Positions 25,261-34,169 of a DNA stretch of 34,169 nt are shown piece after piece (position 1 is the first letter of the stretch; every line of letters starts with the position of its first letter). The stretch comes from Candidatus Omnitrophota bacterium. Lineage in GTDB: Bacteria; Hinthialibacterota; Hinthialibacteria; JAKQFZ01. A program made the translations under genes and the position numbers. The stretch spans positions 1 to 34,169 of the forward strand of contig JAKQFZ010000588.1 of assembly GCA_029558215.1 (NCBI GenBank), written 5' to 3'. The notes under the pieces are model-generated. The model saw only the letters and a list, made by a program, of their open reading frames with translations, was not told the DNA's origin and did not search any database.

Positions 25261-26538
25261 ATGACACGTATTGGAAAGTCGTTTCTGTTGCTGGGTCTTG
25301 TCGTGGCAGTTTTTCATCCCGTCGCATTCGCCCAGATGACCTTGGTGCCGATGGATCAGACGCAGACCGATCACCTGAAAGCCTATGGACTCGCCTACTG
25401 GATGCTGCAGGCTCCGCGAGGCGTCAATGTCGAATGGCTCCTGAACTATCGAGGCGGGTCGTTCCTGATCAAGGATGCAAGCATCGCCCCACAGGAAGCA
25501 ACGCTTCGGGGCGTTCGCACCGAAATCATCTCAGAAAGCACCGCGAATCAGATTCACCAACTCATCGAAGCCGAAAACATGGATGTTGTGCTTCTCGAAA
25601 AGGCACCCAAAATCGCCATCTACATTCCACCCAGTGCCGAACCTTGGGATGACGCGGTCACGCTTGCGCTGGAATACGCCAAGATTCCCTACACTGAAAT
25701 CTGGGATGATGAAGTGCTTGCGGGAAAGCTGAAGGAGTACGATTGGCTGCACGTTCATCATGAGGATTTCACCGGACAGTTCGGCAAGTTCTACGCAAAC
25801 TTCAGAAACACCAGTTGGTATCAGGAGCAGGTACGCATCGCCCAGGAAGCTGCCACACGCGCCGGTTTCACCAAAGTCTCACAGCACAAGAACGCTGTCA
25901 CATGGGAGATCGTCAAATACATTACCGATGGTGGATTTCTCTTCTCCATGTGTTCTGCCTGTGATTCGTTTGACATCAGCCTGGCAGCGACGGGCATTGA
26001 CATCGTCTCAGCGGAGCTTGACGGCGACGGTCTGACTCCCGGCTATCAACAGAAACTGGACTATAGCAAGTGTCTTGCATTCCAGAATTTTACGCTATAC
26101 ACCGATCCGATGGTCTATGAATACGCGGATATTGACATTCACCCCAACATGGTGGATCAAATTCTCCCCAAGGATGAGCATTTCGTACTCTTCGAGTTCT
26201 CGGCAAAACTCGATCCGGTTCCCAGCATGTTGACGCAATGCCACACGGCACGAATTGAGGAATTCAGAGGACAAACGACCGCCTTCTGGAAGGACAAGGT
26301 CAAGAATCGAGTCGTTATTATGGCAGAGTTCCCCGGTCGCAATCTCGTCAAATACCTTCATGGCAACTGGGGTCAGGGTACATTCACCTATTTTGCCGGA
26401 CATGATCCCGAAGACGTTGAGCATCTCGTCGGTGAAGATCCCACCGATCTGAGCCTTCACAAGAACTCCCCTGGCTACCGGTTGATCCTCAACAATATCC
26501 TCTTTCCTGCGGCAAGAAAGAAAGAGAAGAAGACCTAG
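25261..26538 (+). CDS. Exported conserved hypothetical protein; the central region suggests a class I glutamine-amidotransferase-like (ThuA/DJ-1-like) fold
   Basis: ATG at 25261 after AAAGGAAG. Signal peptide MTRIGKSFLLLGLVVAVFHPVAFAQ. 'KIAIYIPPSAEPWDDAVTLALEYAKIPYTEIWDDEVLAGKLKEYDWLHVHHEDF' has the strand-helix-strand layout of GATase1-like domains. The fold call is a guess. Confidence 0.6.
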   Translation: MTRIGKSFLLLGLVVAVFHPVAFAQMTLVPMDQTQTDHLKAYGLAYWMLQAPRGVNVEWLLNYRGGSFLIKDASIAPQEATLRGVRTEIISESTANQIHQLIEAENMDVVLLEKAPKIAIYIPPSAEPWDDAVTLALEYAKIPYTEIWDDEVLAGKLKEYDWLHVHHEDFTGQFGKFYANFRNTSWYQEQVRIAQEAATRAGFTKVSQHKNAVTWEIVKYITDGGFLFSMCSACDSFDISLAATGIDIVSAELDGDGLTPGYQQKLDYSKCLAFQNFTLYTDPMVYEYADIDIHPNMVDQILPKDEHFVLFEFSAKLDPVPSMLTQCHTARIEEFRGQTTAFWKDKVKNRVVIMAEFPGRNLVKYLHGNWGQGTFTYFAGHDPEDVEHLVGEDPTDLSLHKNSPGYRLILNNILFPAARKKEKKT

Positions 26539-26608
26539 ACGGATCGCAGATTCGGCAGCGCCGCAAAGCATCTGTTATCGAAGCATGGAAAAGCCGTATC
26601 GACAGACA

Positions 26609-27637
26609 TCAAGTCCCACGGTTCAGATTTTGAAACGCTGCATACCGTTCGGGGGAACTCTGCTCTGACGTCGGACGCCACCAGTCCCAACCCCATGAGA
26701 CAGCCGACGGCGAGAACTTGGATGCAAGGGCAAGTTTCTCTCTCAGCCGCTCTTCAGGCACGGCACGCCATTTCTGCTCGTTGAAGGGCTTGTCTCTGTC
26801 AAGGCGTTGTGTCTGATAGTCCGGAACGTCATGCTCGGCAATTTCCACATTGAGCCAGAACTCCACTCCACTGCGTTTGCAGGCTTCCGAGTATGCGGCG
26901 ATGAACGGCTCCTTCTCTGCAACGCTGGTGAAGGAAGCGTGCTCTCCAGAGTCTTGAAGCATCAGCCAGGTGATTCCCGTCTGCTTGAGCGTTGTCTGCC
27001 ACCATTGCGCATATTCGGCCGGCTCGGCAAATCGGAAGTCACCCAGGATCCTGTTCCGATCCAGAATGAAAAACGGCGAGATGCAAACGCGCATCTCAGG
27101 AGAGACCGCCTTGGACGTCGAGACAATATCCTGGAAGAGTCGGCGGCAATAATCGCTTTGCTTTTCCCAAACCAGGTAGATTTCATGGCCGATGTACCAG
27201 GCGTAGAGCGACTTGTGATGGCGGAACCGCTCCCACACTTGAGGCATGAACTGCCGATTCAGAGAGACCTCTTCCGCAAGATTCCATCGTGCATACCAGT
27301 CGGGGGTGGTGTAGGTCTCAAAGAGAACTTTCATCGCAAGACGATCCGCCTGATCCAGGCAGATTTCCAATGCGCTCGTGCCTGCAGGACTCTTAATCAA
27401 GTGCTGAGTGCCGGTAAGCCATAGCAGATCAAATCCCGCATTACGTTGGAGATACACTTCATTTCTCAAAGAGGCTTCATCCAGATTCGAGTCTATCCAC
27501 CATAGAGTTCCTCTGATTTTCGAAGACAGACTCACGTCAGACTGCTCTCCGCCCGAATGACTGTGACAACTGCAAGCAGCCAGGCACACCGATGCCGCCG
27601 TCTCCAGCCACCTTCTTCGATTCATCAGTTGTGACAT
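26609..27637 (-). CDS. Exported (Tat-like signal plus lipobox) TIM-barrel glycoside-hydrolase-fold protein, possibly DUF4434-like
   Basis: RBS AGGAG lies 7 nt upstream of the ATG at 27637. The N-terminus 'MNRRRWLETAASVCLAAC' carries a twin-Arg motif plus L-A-A-C. 'GFDLLWLTG', 'RVCISPFF' and 'WLMLQDSGEH' resemble DUF4434 as I remember it. Confidence 0.55.
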   Translation of the reverse strand: MSQLMNRRRWLETAASVCLAACSCHSHSGGEQSDVSLSSKIRGTLWWIDSNLDEASLRNEVYLQRNAGFDLLWLTGTQHLIKSPAGTSALEICLDQADRLAMKVLFETYTTPDWYARWNLAEEVSLNRQFMPQVWERFRHHKSLYAWYIGHEIYLVWEKQSDYCRRLFQDIVSTSKAVSPEMRVCISPFFILDRNRILGDFRFAEPAEYAQWWQTTLKQTGITWLMLQDSGEHASFTSVAEKEPFIAAYSEACKRSGVEFWLNVEIAEHDVPDYQTQRLDRDKPFNEQKWRAVPEERLREKLALASKFSPSAVSWGWDWWRPTSEQSSPERYAAFQNLNRGT

Positions 27638-27711
27638 GGTTCGCTCCTGTCTTTTACTCTGCGGGTGAAAATGCTAGTCTCAATGACGATATTACAGAAA
27701 AGGGCTTCTGT

Positions 27712-28596
27712 ATGCCAAAGAGATTTCTGGATCCGGATTTGATTCGTGCACTGGACTGTGTCGCCGCAGTGGTTCGCAAGATCCATCTCGGCGAGATGCA
27801 GGGAGGGCACTGGTCGCACCGCCCTGGTTTCGGTCTGGACTTCAAGGATCATCGCCCTTATGTTCAGGGCGACGACCCGCGTCGAGTTGACTGGAATCTC
27901 TACGTGCGTCTGGGTCGCTTGTTCGTTAAGGTCTTCCATGATGAAGAGGACGTTGACATTCACCTGGTGCTGGATTCAAGTGCCTCCATGCGTTGTGGCA
28001 AGCCGACGAAGCACTACTACAGCAGCCAAGTGGCCGCGTCGCTTGCCTATATCGGCCTAACATCACAGGAACGTGTCGGACTCTGGACTTTCAACAACGG
28101 AACGTGTGTCGGCATCCCACCCAGCCGCGGCAATGATCATTTCTGCAGGATATTCGACCAATTGGCGTCGTTGGAGCCCGAAGGAACTACTGGGATGAAA
28201 GAAGCGCTTGCCGAATTGGCTCTTCGCACCCCCCGGGGGGGCGTGTTTATCCTTTTGTCTGATTTCGTTGACTGTCCACATTGGGAGTATAGCCTCAAGA
28301 TGATCACAAACCGTCCCCGAAGTGAGCTTCAAGTACTTCACGTGGCCGGTACCGAGGAATATCGTCCCACAGTGCACGGAAACGTACGACTCAATGATCT
28401 TGAGACTGCCGAGCGTCTCGACCTCACCATCACCGATCAGGAGAAGGAGCAATACCGTACCCGATGGCTGAGTCACCAGAGAGCGATCGAGGCATTCTGC
28501 CGCCGCCGAGATGTGCCTTATTTCCTTGCATTCACAGAGTCCTCTGTCACGACAACACTGATCGAGTTTCTCAGACAGAAGGGGATGCTCCGCTAG
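27712..28596 (+). CDS. DUF58 domain protein (vWA-like; usual partner of MoxR ATPases in Bat-type operons)
   Basis: 'GLDFKDHRPYVQGDDPRRVDWNLYVRLGRLFVKVFHDEEDVDIHLVLDSSASM' is the classic DUF58 signature with a DxSxS MIDAS-like motif. The ATG at 27712 (MPKRFLDPDL) is preferred over the longer ORF from 27592, which would overlap the divergent gene. Confidence 0.9.
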   Translation: MPKRFLDPDLIRALDCVAAVVRKIHLGEMQGGHWSHRPGFGLDFKDHRPYVQGDDPRRVDWNLYVRLGRLFVKVFHDEEDVDIHLVLDSSASMRCGKPTKHYYSSQVAASLAYIGLTSQERVGLWTFNNGTCVGIPPSRGNDHFCRIFDQLASLEPEGTTGMKEALAELALRTPRGGVFILLSDFVDCPHWEYSLKMITNRPRSELQVLHVAGTEEYRPTVHGNVRLNDLETAERLDLTITDQEKEQYRTRWLSHQRAIEAFCRRRDVPYFLAFTESSVTTTLIEFLRQKGMLR

Positions 28597-28609
28597 TGCA
28601 TGGAGAACA

Positions 28610-31600
28610 ATGATCTACGCCAAACCTGACATACTCTGGCTCCTCCTTCTGATGCCGCTGATCTGGATTGTGCATTTCAGAGGCAGACCCTTGCCGTCTT
28701 TGTCCGTCTCCTCTGTTACATTCTGGAGAGGACTGCGAGCAGAGACAACAGCATCGAAACGAAAGCGAACGATACACTGGCTTGCCGTACTCGTAGAGAC
28801 ACTCTTTCTGTCCACTTTTATTCTGGCGTGGAGTGAGCCGACTCTGAGACAGTCAGAACGCTTGCCTGAGATGTCAGATGTTATCATTGTGGTGGACAAT
28901 TCCCTGAGCATGTCGTCAATGGAGTCTCAGAAGGAGATTCGCACAGCCTACGCCCGTCTTCTGGACACCCTGGCTCCTGACTCCCGAGTCAATGTTGTCT
29001 CCTGGTCGGACAGAGTGATCTTCGTCGCCAATGGAACTCCAAGCAACGCACACGTTAGAAGGGTTCTCGAACAGATCGCTCCCGTGCGTGCGTCGAACAG
29101 GATGGATCGCCTCACCGACTATGTTCATGCCTTCCGAACGGCGCACCCTGAGTCTCATTGTATTCTGCTCTCGGATGGAAGATTCCAAATAGATGGCTCC
29201 ACAGATGTCCCAGAGTTCCTGTATTGCCCGATCCAATCCAATGGCGACAACATCGCTTTGACTGAGGTGTCCGCTAAGGCAGACACTTTGGAAAACGTCC
29301 TTCTGCATGTTCACTGCAAGAGTTTCTCGGAACAGACCGTCACAGGAACACTTCGCGTCCTTTCCAAATCCAGAACGGTCGCAAGCGTCTCAGTAACAAT
29401 CCCCGCCGGATCAGAATCTATCACCGCTATCGAGCCGAGTGTTCCATTGTCGGAAATCTCACATATCAGTCTGGATGTGACGGACACACTTGGTCTTGAC
29501 AATGTACTCTCTCTCGATGCCTCGTCCATCTTCGCTTGCCGTGTTGCTCTGGTCGGTCAGACACCGAAGTCCCTCCAACGAGTCTTAGAGTCATTCTCTC
29601 CAGAGTTTCATATCGAACAGTCCGACGACTTACCTGCAGGCGACTTTGATCTTTGCATTCTTGACGAGAGACACTTCAACTCCGAGGGCGTTCGATGTTC
29701 TTCGCTTGTCCTGACTGGAGCCCCAGGACTCCGCAGCGGCAAAGCATCCGACTCTCAGAATGCATCTCTTGCAGATTCAGATATCCTGAGCACGCCTTTG
29801 AGAGGACGAGTCCTGAGCATTGCTTCCTCTGCAACACTGGCAGCCACTCAGGAAGAGATTGTCTTGGCCACATGCAATGGCGCTCCGGTCATCACGGCAG
29901 ACGAATCAGGGGCATTTCGTATAGTGAGAATTGCCTTTCCCTTGGAGGGAACGGGGCTCACAGAGAACTGGCTCTTCCCAGCGTTGATGGCGGATCTGAT
30001 CTCGTGGCTTCTTGAGAGGGCAGATGATGACGGGTGGATCTCCGATCCGGTCGAAAGTGATCTCAGCAACGACCCATCGGCACTTCCGGCAGATCAGTTC
30101 ACACTTCTCTCACCTCTTCCCAGAACCATTGCATTTCGAAATGTGCTATTGACCCTTGCATCGGCGACCCTGCTCTTGGGTATCTTTCTGTTGCCAAGAG
30201 AGTCGCGAAAATCCCGCGTGCTGAAAGCCACCGTCATTCTCGCTGTCCTGCTCGCCGCCATACGGCCAACGCTCAGAATACCCTCTGGCGCCATCTCAAT
30301 CGCTCTCATCAGTGATGTGTCTCCGAGCATGAATTACTCGGAACCTCTGGAGCGCTTCTCAACGCCTGTTTCCCCTAAGACAATGCAGATCGCTTTCGCA
30401 TCTGAGTCGTCCGTTGTCCCAAACCATAGAACATCAGATCGATCATCCGCCTCATTCACACTCGGCACTTCGACGAACATCCCATCCGCTCTTTTCCTCG
30501 CAGGGGCGGTGATGTCAGACTATGGTAGAAGGGCGGTCATCGTGCATACAGACGGTCAGAATAATCGAGGCGAAATGGCCTCAGCATTGGCTTTTCTGGA
30601 GTCACTTGGGATACCCGCCTATCCTGTTGCAGCAGCGCATCAGGCAAGTGCCGACCCAAGGGTGATTCGTCTGGACGCACCAAGTGGGATTTCCCAATAC
30701 CAGCCATTCCAACTTCGTCTCTCACTTGCAGGACAGGGAGACGTAGCGCTTCAGGTATACAGAAATGGGGAGACAGTCCATGAGCAGGAGTTGTTGTTGA
30801 ACGGACAGGACAATATCGTGCTCGATCAGCCTGGCCTGGAACCGGGCTCGCATCTCTATGAGGCTGTTCTTATTCCAAACTCAGATCTCATCGCTGAGAA
30901 CAACCACGCCTCAACTATTGTGGATGTGATCGGTCCCTCAATTGCATTGGTGCTGTCAGACGGCAGTTCCTCGCTTCCGGAAAGCATCCTGCCGGAGTTG
31001 GGATGGAGAGTGATTCAAAGGCACCCGTCACAAGATTCCACGGATTCAGAGATCAGGAGCGCCCATCTGGTTGTTTTCGAAGGAGACTGCACCACAATCA
31101 AACCAGAATATCAGGCACAGATCATTGAGCAGGTTCGAGCGGGACATCTGGGCGCTTTGTTCCTCGGTGGAAAGTCACTCTTGTCAGCTCACAAACAACC
31201 CATCGAAGTGCTCTCTCCCGTCGAGATTCCTTCTGCCACAGCACCGTATCCTTTTCTGCTCCTTCTGGACAAATCGGGAAGCATGGAAGCGGATGATCGC
31301 ACATACGGCGACCTGATCCGAACGGCTCTGGCTTTCTGTGATCAAGCCCCTGACGAGACTTTGATCGGAGCATTGGCTTTTGACGTACAGGCAGAGACTC
31401 TTGAGCCTTTGGAGAAGAAGAAGCAGGAAAGAGAGTTCTTCAAAGGAAAGATGATTCCGGATGCCGGTGGCGGAACTCTGCTAAGTCCTGCCATCCATGA
31501 GGCCGTCAAGATGCTGTCCCTTATTTCAACACAAGGCGGAACGGTGATTCTGGTCAGTGATGGAGACTTCGCTGACGAAAGTCTTGAGCCTGCACTTGGA

Positions 31601-32533
31601 ATGCTCACTGACGCCCATCTGAAAGTGGATACAATCCCTGTTGGACTGCATCCGAAGAGAGAAACGCTGGAGTCCATATCAAAACACACTGGCGGTGTTG
31701 CCTACGATGCCCCACCCGGGGACTATTCCATCTCCTTGGCGGCTGTTGAATCCGCGTCGGCGGACATGAATCTGATCAGAGAGAGCGCAACGATTCCGAC
31801 TTTGACTCCCTCCTGGGCGTTTCCTGGTACTGCGCAGGAAACTCTTCCCGCTGTCGGATCGTGGCTCAAGACTCAACCTCGCAGCAACACCTCCGCTTTG
31901 CTCACGGTACTCGATCAGGAACCCCTGATCGCCACAATGTATTTCGGACTTGGCAGAACGGCCGCTGTCTCGCTCGCGGATGACCAGTTTTCATGGTTTG
32001 CCCAACCCATTACCGCAACGATTTTCGCCAATCTGGCGCGTCTCACAAGTTCACATTTGCGCGTTCACAAGGTCGAGATTCAGCGGGCTATTCATGGAGA
32101 CCAAGTCACTCTCTGGTTTCGGTTTGACAAAAAAGTCCAAACTGATATCACTTCTCATCTCACGCTTCCTGACGGTGGCGTGCGCACACTGCCACTCGTC
32201 AAACAACATGAATCACTTTGGTCCACCTCAATGACCATGGAGCAGACAGGGACTTACAGGCTGGCAGTTACCTCAGCAGAGGGAGAAATACTTGCCAGAG
32301 ACCGATGGATTCACAGTTGTTTATCCGAGTATACAGCACTCGGCCCAAATCTGCCGGAGCTGAGAAGAATCGCCCGAGCGACTGGCGGAACGCTTCTTGA
32401 AGAGGGATTTCTCCCATCTGAAGCAATAGCCAGCATTGAGCAGTCTGCAAGACCCATTCCCCAACGAGTTGATATGACCGACATCGTGCTGATGGCCGCC
32501 GTGCTTCTATTCCTTGTCAGTCTCTTTCTCTGA
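28610..32533 (+). CDS. Giant BatA-N-terminal-domain membrane protein with three vWA domains (apparent fusion of two BatA/BatB-type modules)
   Basis: RBS GGAG upstream of the ATG at 28610. The N-terminal double-TM 'MIYAKPDILWLLLLMPLIWIVHF...' is BatA_N-like. MIDAS motifs are DNSLS (28895-28909), DVSPS (30314-30328) and DKSGS (31268-31282), each followed by a (L/V)(L/H/V)(S/T)DG motif. Internal TM pair at about aa 508-552 and a C-terminal TM 'DIVLMAAVLLFLVSLFL'. Confidence 0.85.
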   Translation: MIYAKPDILWLLLLMPLIWIVHFRGRPLPSLSVSSVTFWRGLRAETTASKRKRTIHWLAVLVETLFLSTFILAWSEPTLRQSERLPEMSDVIIVVDNSLSMSSMESQKEIRTAYARLLDTLAPDSRVNVVSWSDRVIFVANGTPSNAHVRRVLEQIAPVRASNRMDRLTDYVHAFRTAHPESHCILLSDGRFQIDGSTDVPEFLYCPIQSNGDNIALTEVSAKADTLENVLLHVHCKSFSEQTVTGTLRVLSKSRTVASVSVTIPAGSESITAIEPSVPLSEISHISLDVTDTLGLDNVLSLDASSIFACRVALVGQTPKSLQRVLESFSPEFHIEQSDDLPAGDFDLCILDERHFNSEGVRCSSLVLTGAPGLRSGKASDSQNASLADSDILSTPLRGRVLSIASSATLAATQEEIVLATCNGAPVITADESGAFRIVRIAFPLEGTGLTENWLFPALMADLISWLLERADDDGWISDPVESDLSNDPSALPADQFTLLSPLPRTIAFRNVLLTLASATLLLGIFLLPRESRKSRVLKATVILAVLLAAIRPTLRIPSGAISIALISDVSPSMNYSEPLERFSTPVSPKTMQIAFASESSVVPNHRTSDRSSASFTLGTSTNIPSALFLAGAVMSDYGRRAVIVHTDGQNNRGEMASALAFLESLGIPAYPVAAAHQASADPRVIRLDAPSGISQYQPFQLRLSLAGQGDVALQVYRNGETVHEQELLLNGQDNIVLDQPGLEPGSHLYEAVLIPNSDLIAENNHASTIVDVIGPSIALVLSDGSSSLPESILPELGWRVIQRHPSQDSTDSEIRSAHLVVFEGDCTTIKPEYQAQIIEQVRAGHLGALFLGGKSLLSAHKQPIEVLSPVEIPSATAPYPFLLLLDKSGSMEADDRTYGDLIRTALAFCDQAPDETLIGALAFDVQAETLEPLEKKKQEREFFKGKMIPDAGGGTLLSPAIHEAVKMLSLISTQGGTVILVSDGDFADESLEPALGMLTDAHLKVDTIPVGLHPKRETLESISKHTGGVAYDAPPGDYSISLAAVESASADMNLIRESATIPTLTPSWAFPGTAQETLPAVGSWLKTQPRSNTSALLTVLDQEPLIATMYFGLGRTAAVSLADDQFSWFAQPITATIFANLARLTSSHLRVHKVEIQRAIHGDQVTLWFRFDKKVQTDITSHLTLPDGGVRTLPLVKQHESLWSTSMTMEQTGTYRLAVTSAEGEILARDRWIHSCLSEYTALGPNLPELRRIARATGGTLLEEGFLPSEAIASIEQSARPIPQRVDMTDIVLMAAVLLFLVSLFL

Positions 32534-33802
32534 ACAGCACTCAGGAACAAACGCCTCACCTGATTCGCTGTCCAGAAGCAGGTTGCCGCAGATAGACACT
32601 CTCGAACGAGAAAGTGTCTCATCAACCCAGAGAGGGATTTTCCTGCTGCTGATGGTGTTGTTCCCGATCACAGCCGATCGCACTCCACTGTAGACAGCAA
32701 CGCCCGTTGCGCCCGAAATGATGTGATTGGCAGAGAGCGTGGTCGAGCCACCTCTGAGAACAACAGCGGGAACATCGTGGTTTTCCATTTCGCGTCTGAT
32801 GGTACATCCGGTGACGACCACATGGTCGGCATCGTTGACAACAATGGCAGGCGCTCCATTGGATTTGATCTCAGCACCTGTGAAACGCACTCTGGCATCG
32901 GCACCATCAACCTCGAGTGTCCTGTGGTGTTGCCAGAATGTCCCGCCTGTCACGGAAACAGTATGGGAGCCTTTGACTCGAACACCGGTACCGCAGAAAT
33001 CTGTCGAACAGCCCGTCATAACACCCCAAGTTCCCCCTTCGATGGGAGAACCTTCCATCTTGTCTTCCAGAAGAAAGCCTACCCCCATCCCAAATGCAAA
33101 ACAGTCTGTCACACGAATGAGATCGTTTTTCAGAAGATGGAAACCAACGCCCTTCTCCAAACCTCGCCCCATGGCAGCATTCCAGACTTCAATGTTGTTC
33201 AAACGTGGAACATCCCAAGTACCAGAAACTCGAACTCCAACATTGCGAACAGCGACGATGAACACATTTTCAATGTTCAGGCGACCCACATTGTTGATGC
33301 CATCCGTAAGGATGCCATCCCAGGTATATCGAATCCTCATGTTGGCAATGTAGACGCCAATGCCGCTGATCAGAACCGCGGCGTTGCCATCTGACTTTTC
33401 CTTAGGACGATACGTGATATCCAGACCCCTCAGTGAACCACCTGCAAGAAGCCTGAATCCGGGACTGTCCGAATGTTTGAGAAGAATTGAAGGAAGTGAT
33501 TCGACATCCGAAGGCCAGGCTCCAACTGGTTCCCCACTGATCCCAACATTGTCCAGTTCCAAAGTCTGGGAGATTGCATAGTTCCCTCTTGGCACATAGA
33601 CATAACTCTTCTCGGCACTCGCCTTCGCAATCGCCGCACGGAAAGCTTCGGTACAGTCATATTCGCCGTCACCCACCGCCCCATGACTGATCACACTGAC
33701 CCCACCCTGCGCAAAACAATTTGCACTGAACACCGCCATCATGAATGCAAGCAGCATCCCGACAGTCCCTGGTTCCATCTTCTTTGAGCCAAATCTGAGC
33801 AT
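32507..33802 (-). CDS. Exported pectate-lyase-superfamily / GH28-related right-handed beta-helix protein
   Basis: 'VISHGAVGDGEYDCTEAFRAAIAKA...YVYVPRGNYAIS' is the Pectate_lyase_3-type N-terminal signature. The start at 33802 (MLRFGSKKMEPGTVGMLLAFMMAVFSANCFAQ, AAGGAG upstream) is preferred; in-frame alternatives exist at 33778, 33829 and 33847. The 3' end overlaps the convergent vWA gene by 27 bp. Confidence 0.75.
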   Translation of the reverse strand: MLRFGSKKMEPGTVGMLLAFMMAVFSANCFAQGGVSVISHGAVGDGEYDCTEAFRAAIAKASAEKSYVYVPRGNYAISQTLELDNVGISGEPVGAWPSDVESLPSILLKHSDSPGFRLLAGGSLRGLDITYRPKEKSDGNAAVLISGIGVYIANMRIRYTWDGILTDGINNVGRLNIENVFIVAVRNVGVRVSGTWDVPRLNNIEVWNAAMGRGLEKGVGFHLLKNDLIRVTDCFAFGMGVGFLLEDKMEGSPIEGGTWGVMTGCSTDFCGTGVRVKGSHTVSVTGGTFWQHHRTLEVDGADARVRFTGAEIKSNGAPAIVVNDADHVVVTGCTIRREMENHDVPAVVLRGGSTTLSANHIISGATGVAVYSGVRSAVIGNNTISSRKIPLWVDETLSRSRVSICGNLLLDSESGEAFVPECCSEKETDKE

Positions 33803-33893
33803 CGTCCTTTGTCTCCTTTGGTATCTCATTGTGGCCATTTCGGCCAACGGATCGGATTCTACTTGTCTGGCATACTCTCTGCAGCAGCAAAGA

Positions 33894-34169
33894 CTAAGCT
33901 ATCATTGTGCCACAGACAACCTCTGCCTGTTCGAGAACAAGTTCAGTGGCCCGAGCCTGCTTGTCTGGTGGGTAGCCGTATTTTCGAAGAATGCGTTTGA
34001 TAGTCACACGCATCTGAGCTCTGACGTTCTCGCGCACCGTCCAGTCAATGGTAACACTGTTTCGCACGGACTTGACAAGTTCTTGAGCGATCTGTTTCAG
34101 CGTGTCATCACCGAGCACCTTCACGGCGCTGTCGTTTACTTCCAGCGCATCATAGAAGGCCACTTCCTC
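33894..34169 (-). CDS. hsdR: Type I restriction enzyme R subunit (HsdR), C-terminal fragment only (DUF3387-type C-terminal domain); the gene continues beyond the window
   Basis: '[81 protein letters not shown]' is the highly conserved HsdR C-terminus. The frame stays open to base 34169. Confidence 0.85.
   Translation of the reverse strand, partial: EEVAFYDALEVNDSAVKVLGDDTLKQIAQELVKSVRNSVTIDWTVRENVRAQMRVTIKRILRKYGYPPDKQARATELVLEQAEVVCGTMIA

Noticed and set aside
27592-28596. A MoxR-type AAA+ ATPase hidden upstream of, or fused to, DUF58.
   Set aside because: No GxxGxGK(S/T) Walker A motif occurs in any frame-consistent ORF around 27.5-28.6 kb. The region upstream of 27712 is occupied by the divergent exported TIM-barrel gene.
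32507-34169. A tailspike-like beta-helix gene next to hsdR as a prophage remnant or mobile island.
   Set aside because: No integrase, terminase, capsid, tail, transposase or flanking repeat is visible. The Pectate_lyase_3-type N-terminus with a signal peptide fits an ordinary secreted polysaccharide-active protein equally well.
1-34169. CRISPR arrays, tRNA or rRNA genes, and IS elements.
   Set aside because: The non-coding gaps total only ~1.6 kb, with the largest at 251 bp. None shows spaced direct repeats, cloverleaf-compatible stems or terminal inverted repeats. This was a visual inspection only, so tRNAscan, Infernal and CRISPR finders should confirm it.

Overview
This is a dense chromosomal segment: about 95% is coding under my gene calls, and GC looks roughly 50-55% by eye. 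I call 24 protein-coding genes, two of them truncated by the window edges. I saw no rRNA, tRNA, CRISPR array, transposase/integrase gene or transcription-factor gene. All product calls come from reading motifs in the supplied translations, since no homology search was possible.

The content has three strands. (a) Many exported beta-helix, beta-propeller and glycoside-hydrolase-fold proteins. (b) A tightly packed 9-gene catabolic-type locus at 7913-18325. It holds two non-HemE URO-D-family genes, an MLE-type enolase-superfamily enzyme, a BNR_4-type lipoprotein, an MDR dehydrogenase, a xylose-isomerase-like TIM barrel, an FAD oxidoreductase, an embedded HemW and a TauE/TSUP permease. (c) Poorly understood envelope modules: a three-gene operon of exported protein, M50B-like HExxH membrane peptidase and amidohydrolase; and a DUF58 gene followed by a 1307-aa membrane protein with three vWA domains and no adjacent MoxR ATPase.

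The gene repertoire resembles glycan-degrading PVC-superphylum bacteria (Planctomycetota, Verrucomicrobiota, Kiritimatiellota, Lentisphaerota). That is a guess, not a determination. The right edge ends inside a type I restriction R-subunit gene.

The best candidates for something undescribed are the 9-gene locus, whose enzyme combination matches no pathway I can name, the M50B operon and the MoxR-less DUF58/triple-vWA pair. None is demonstrated by sequence alone.
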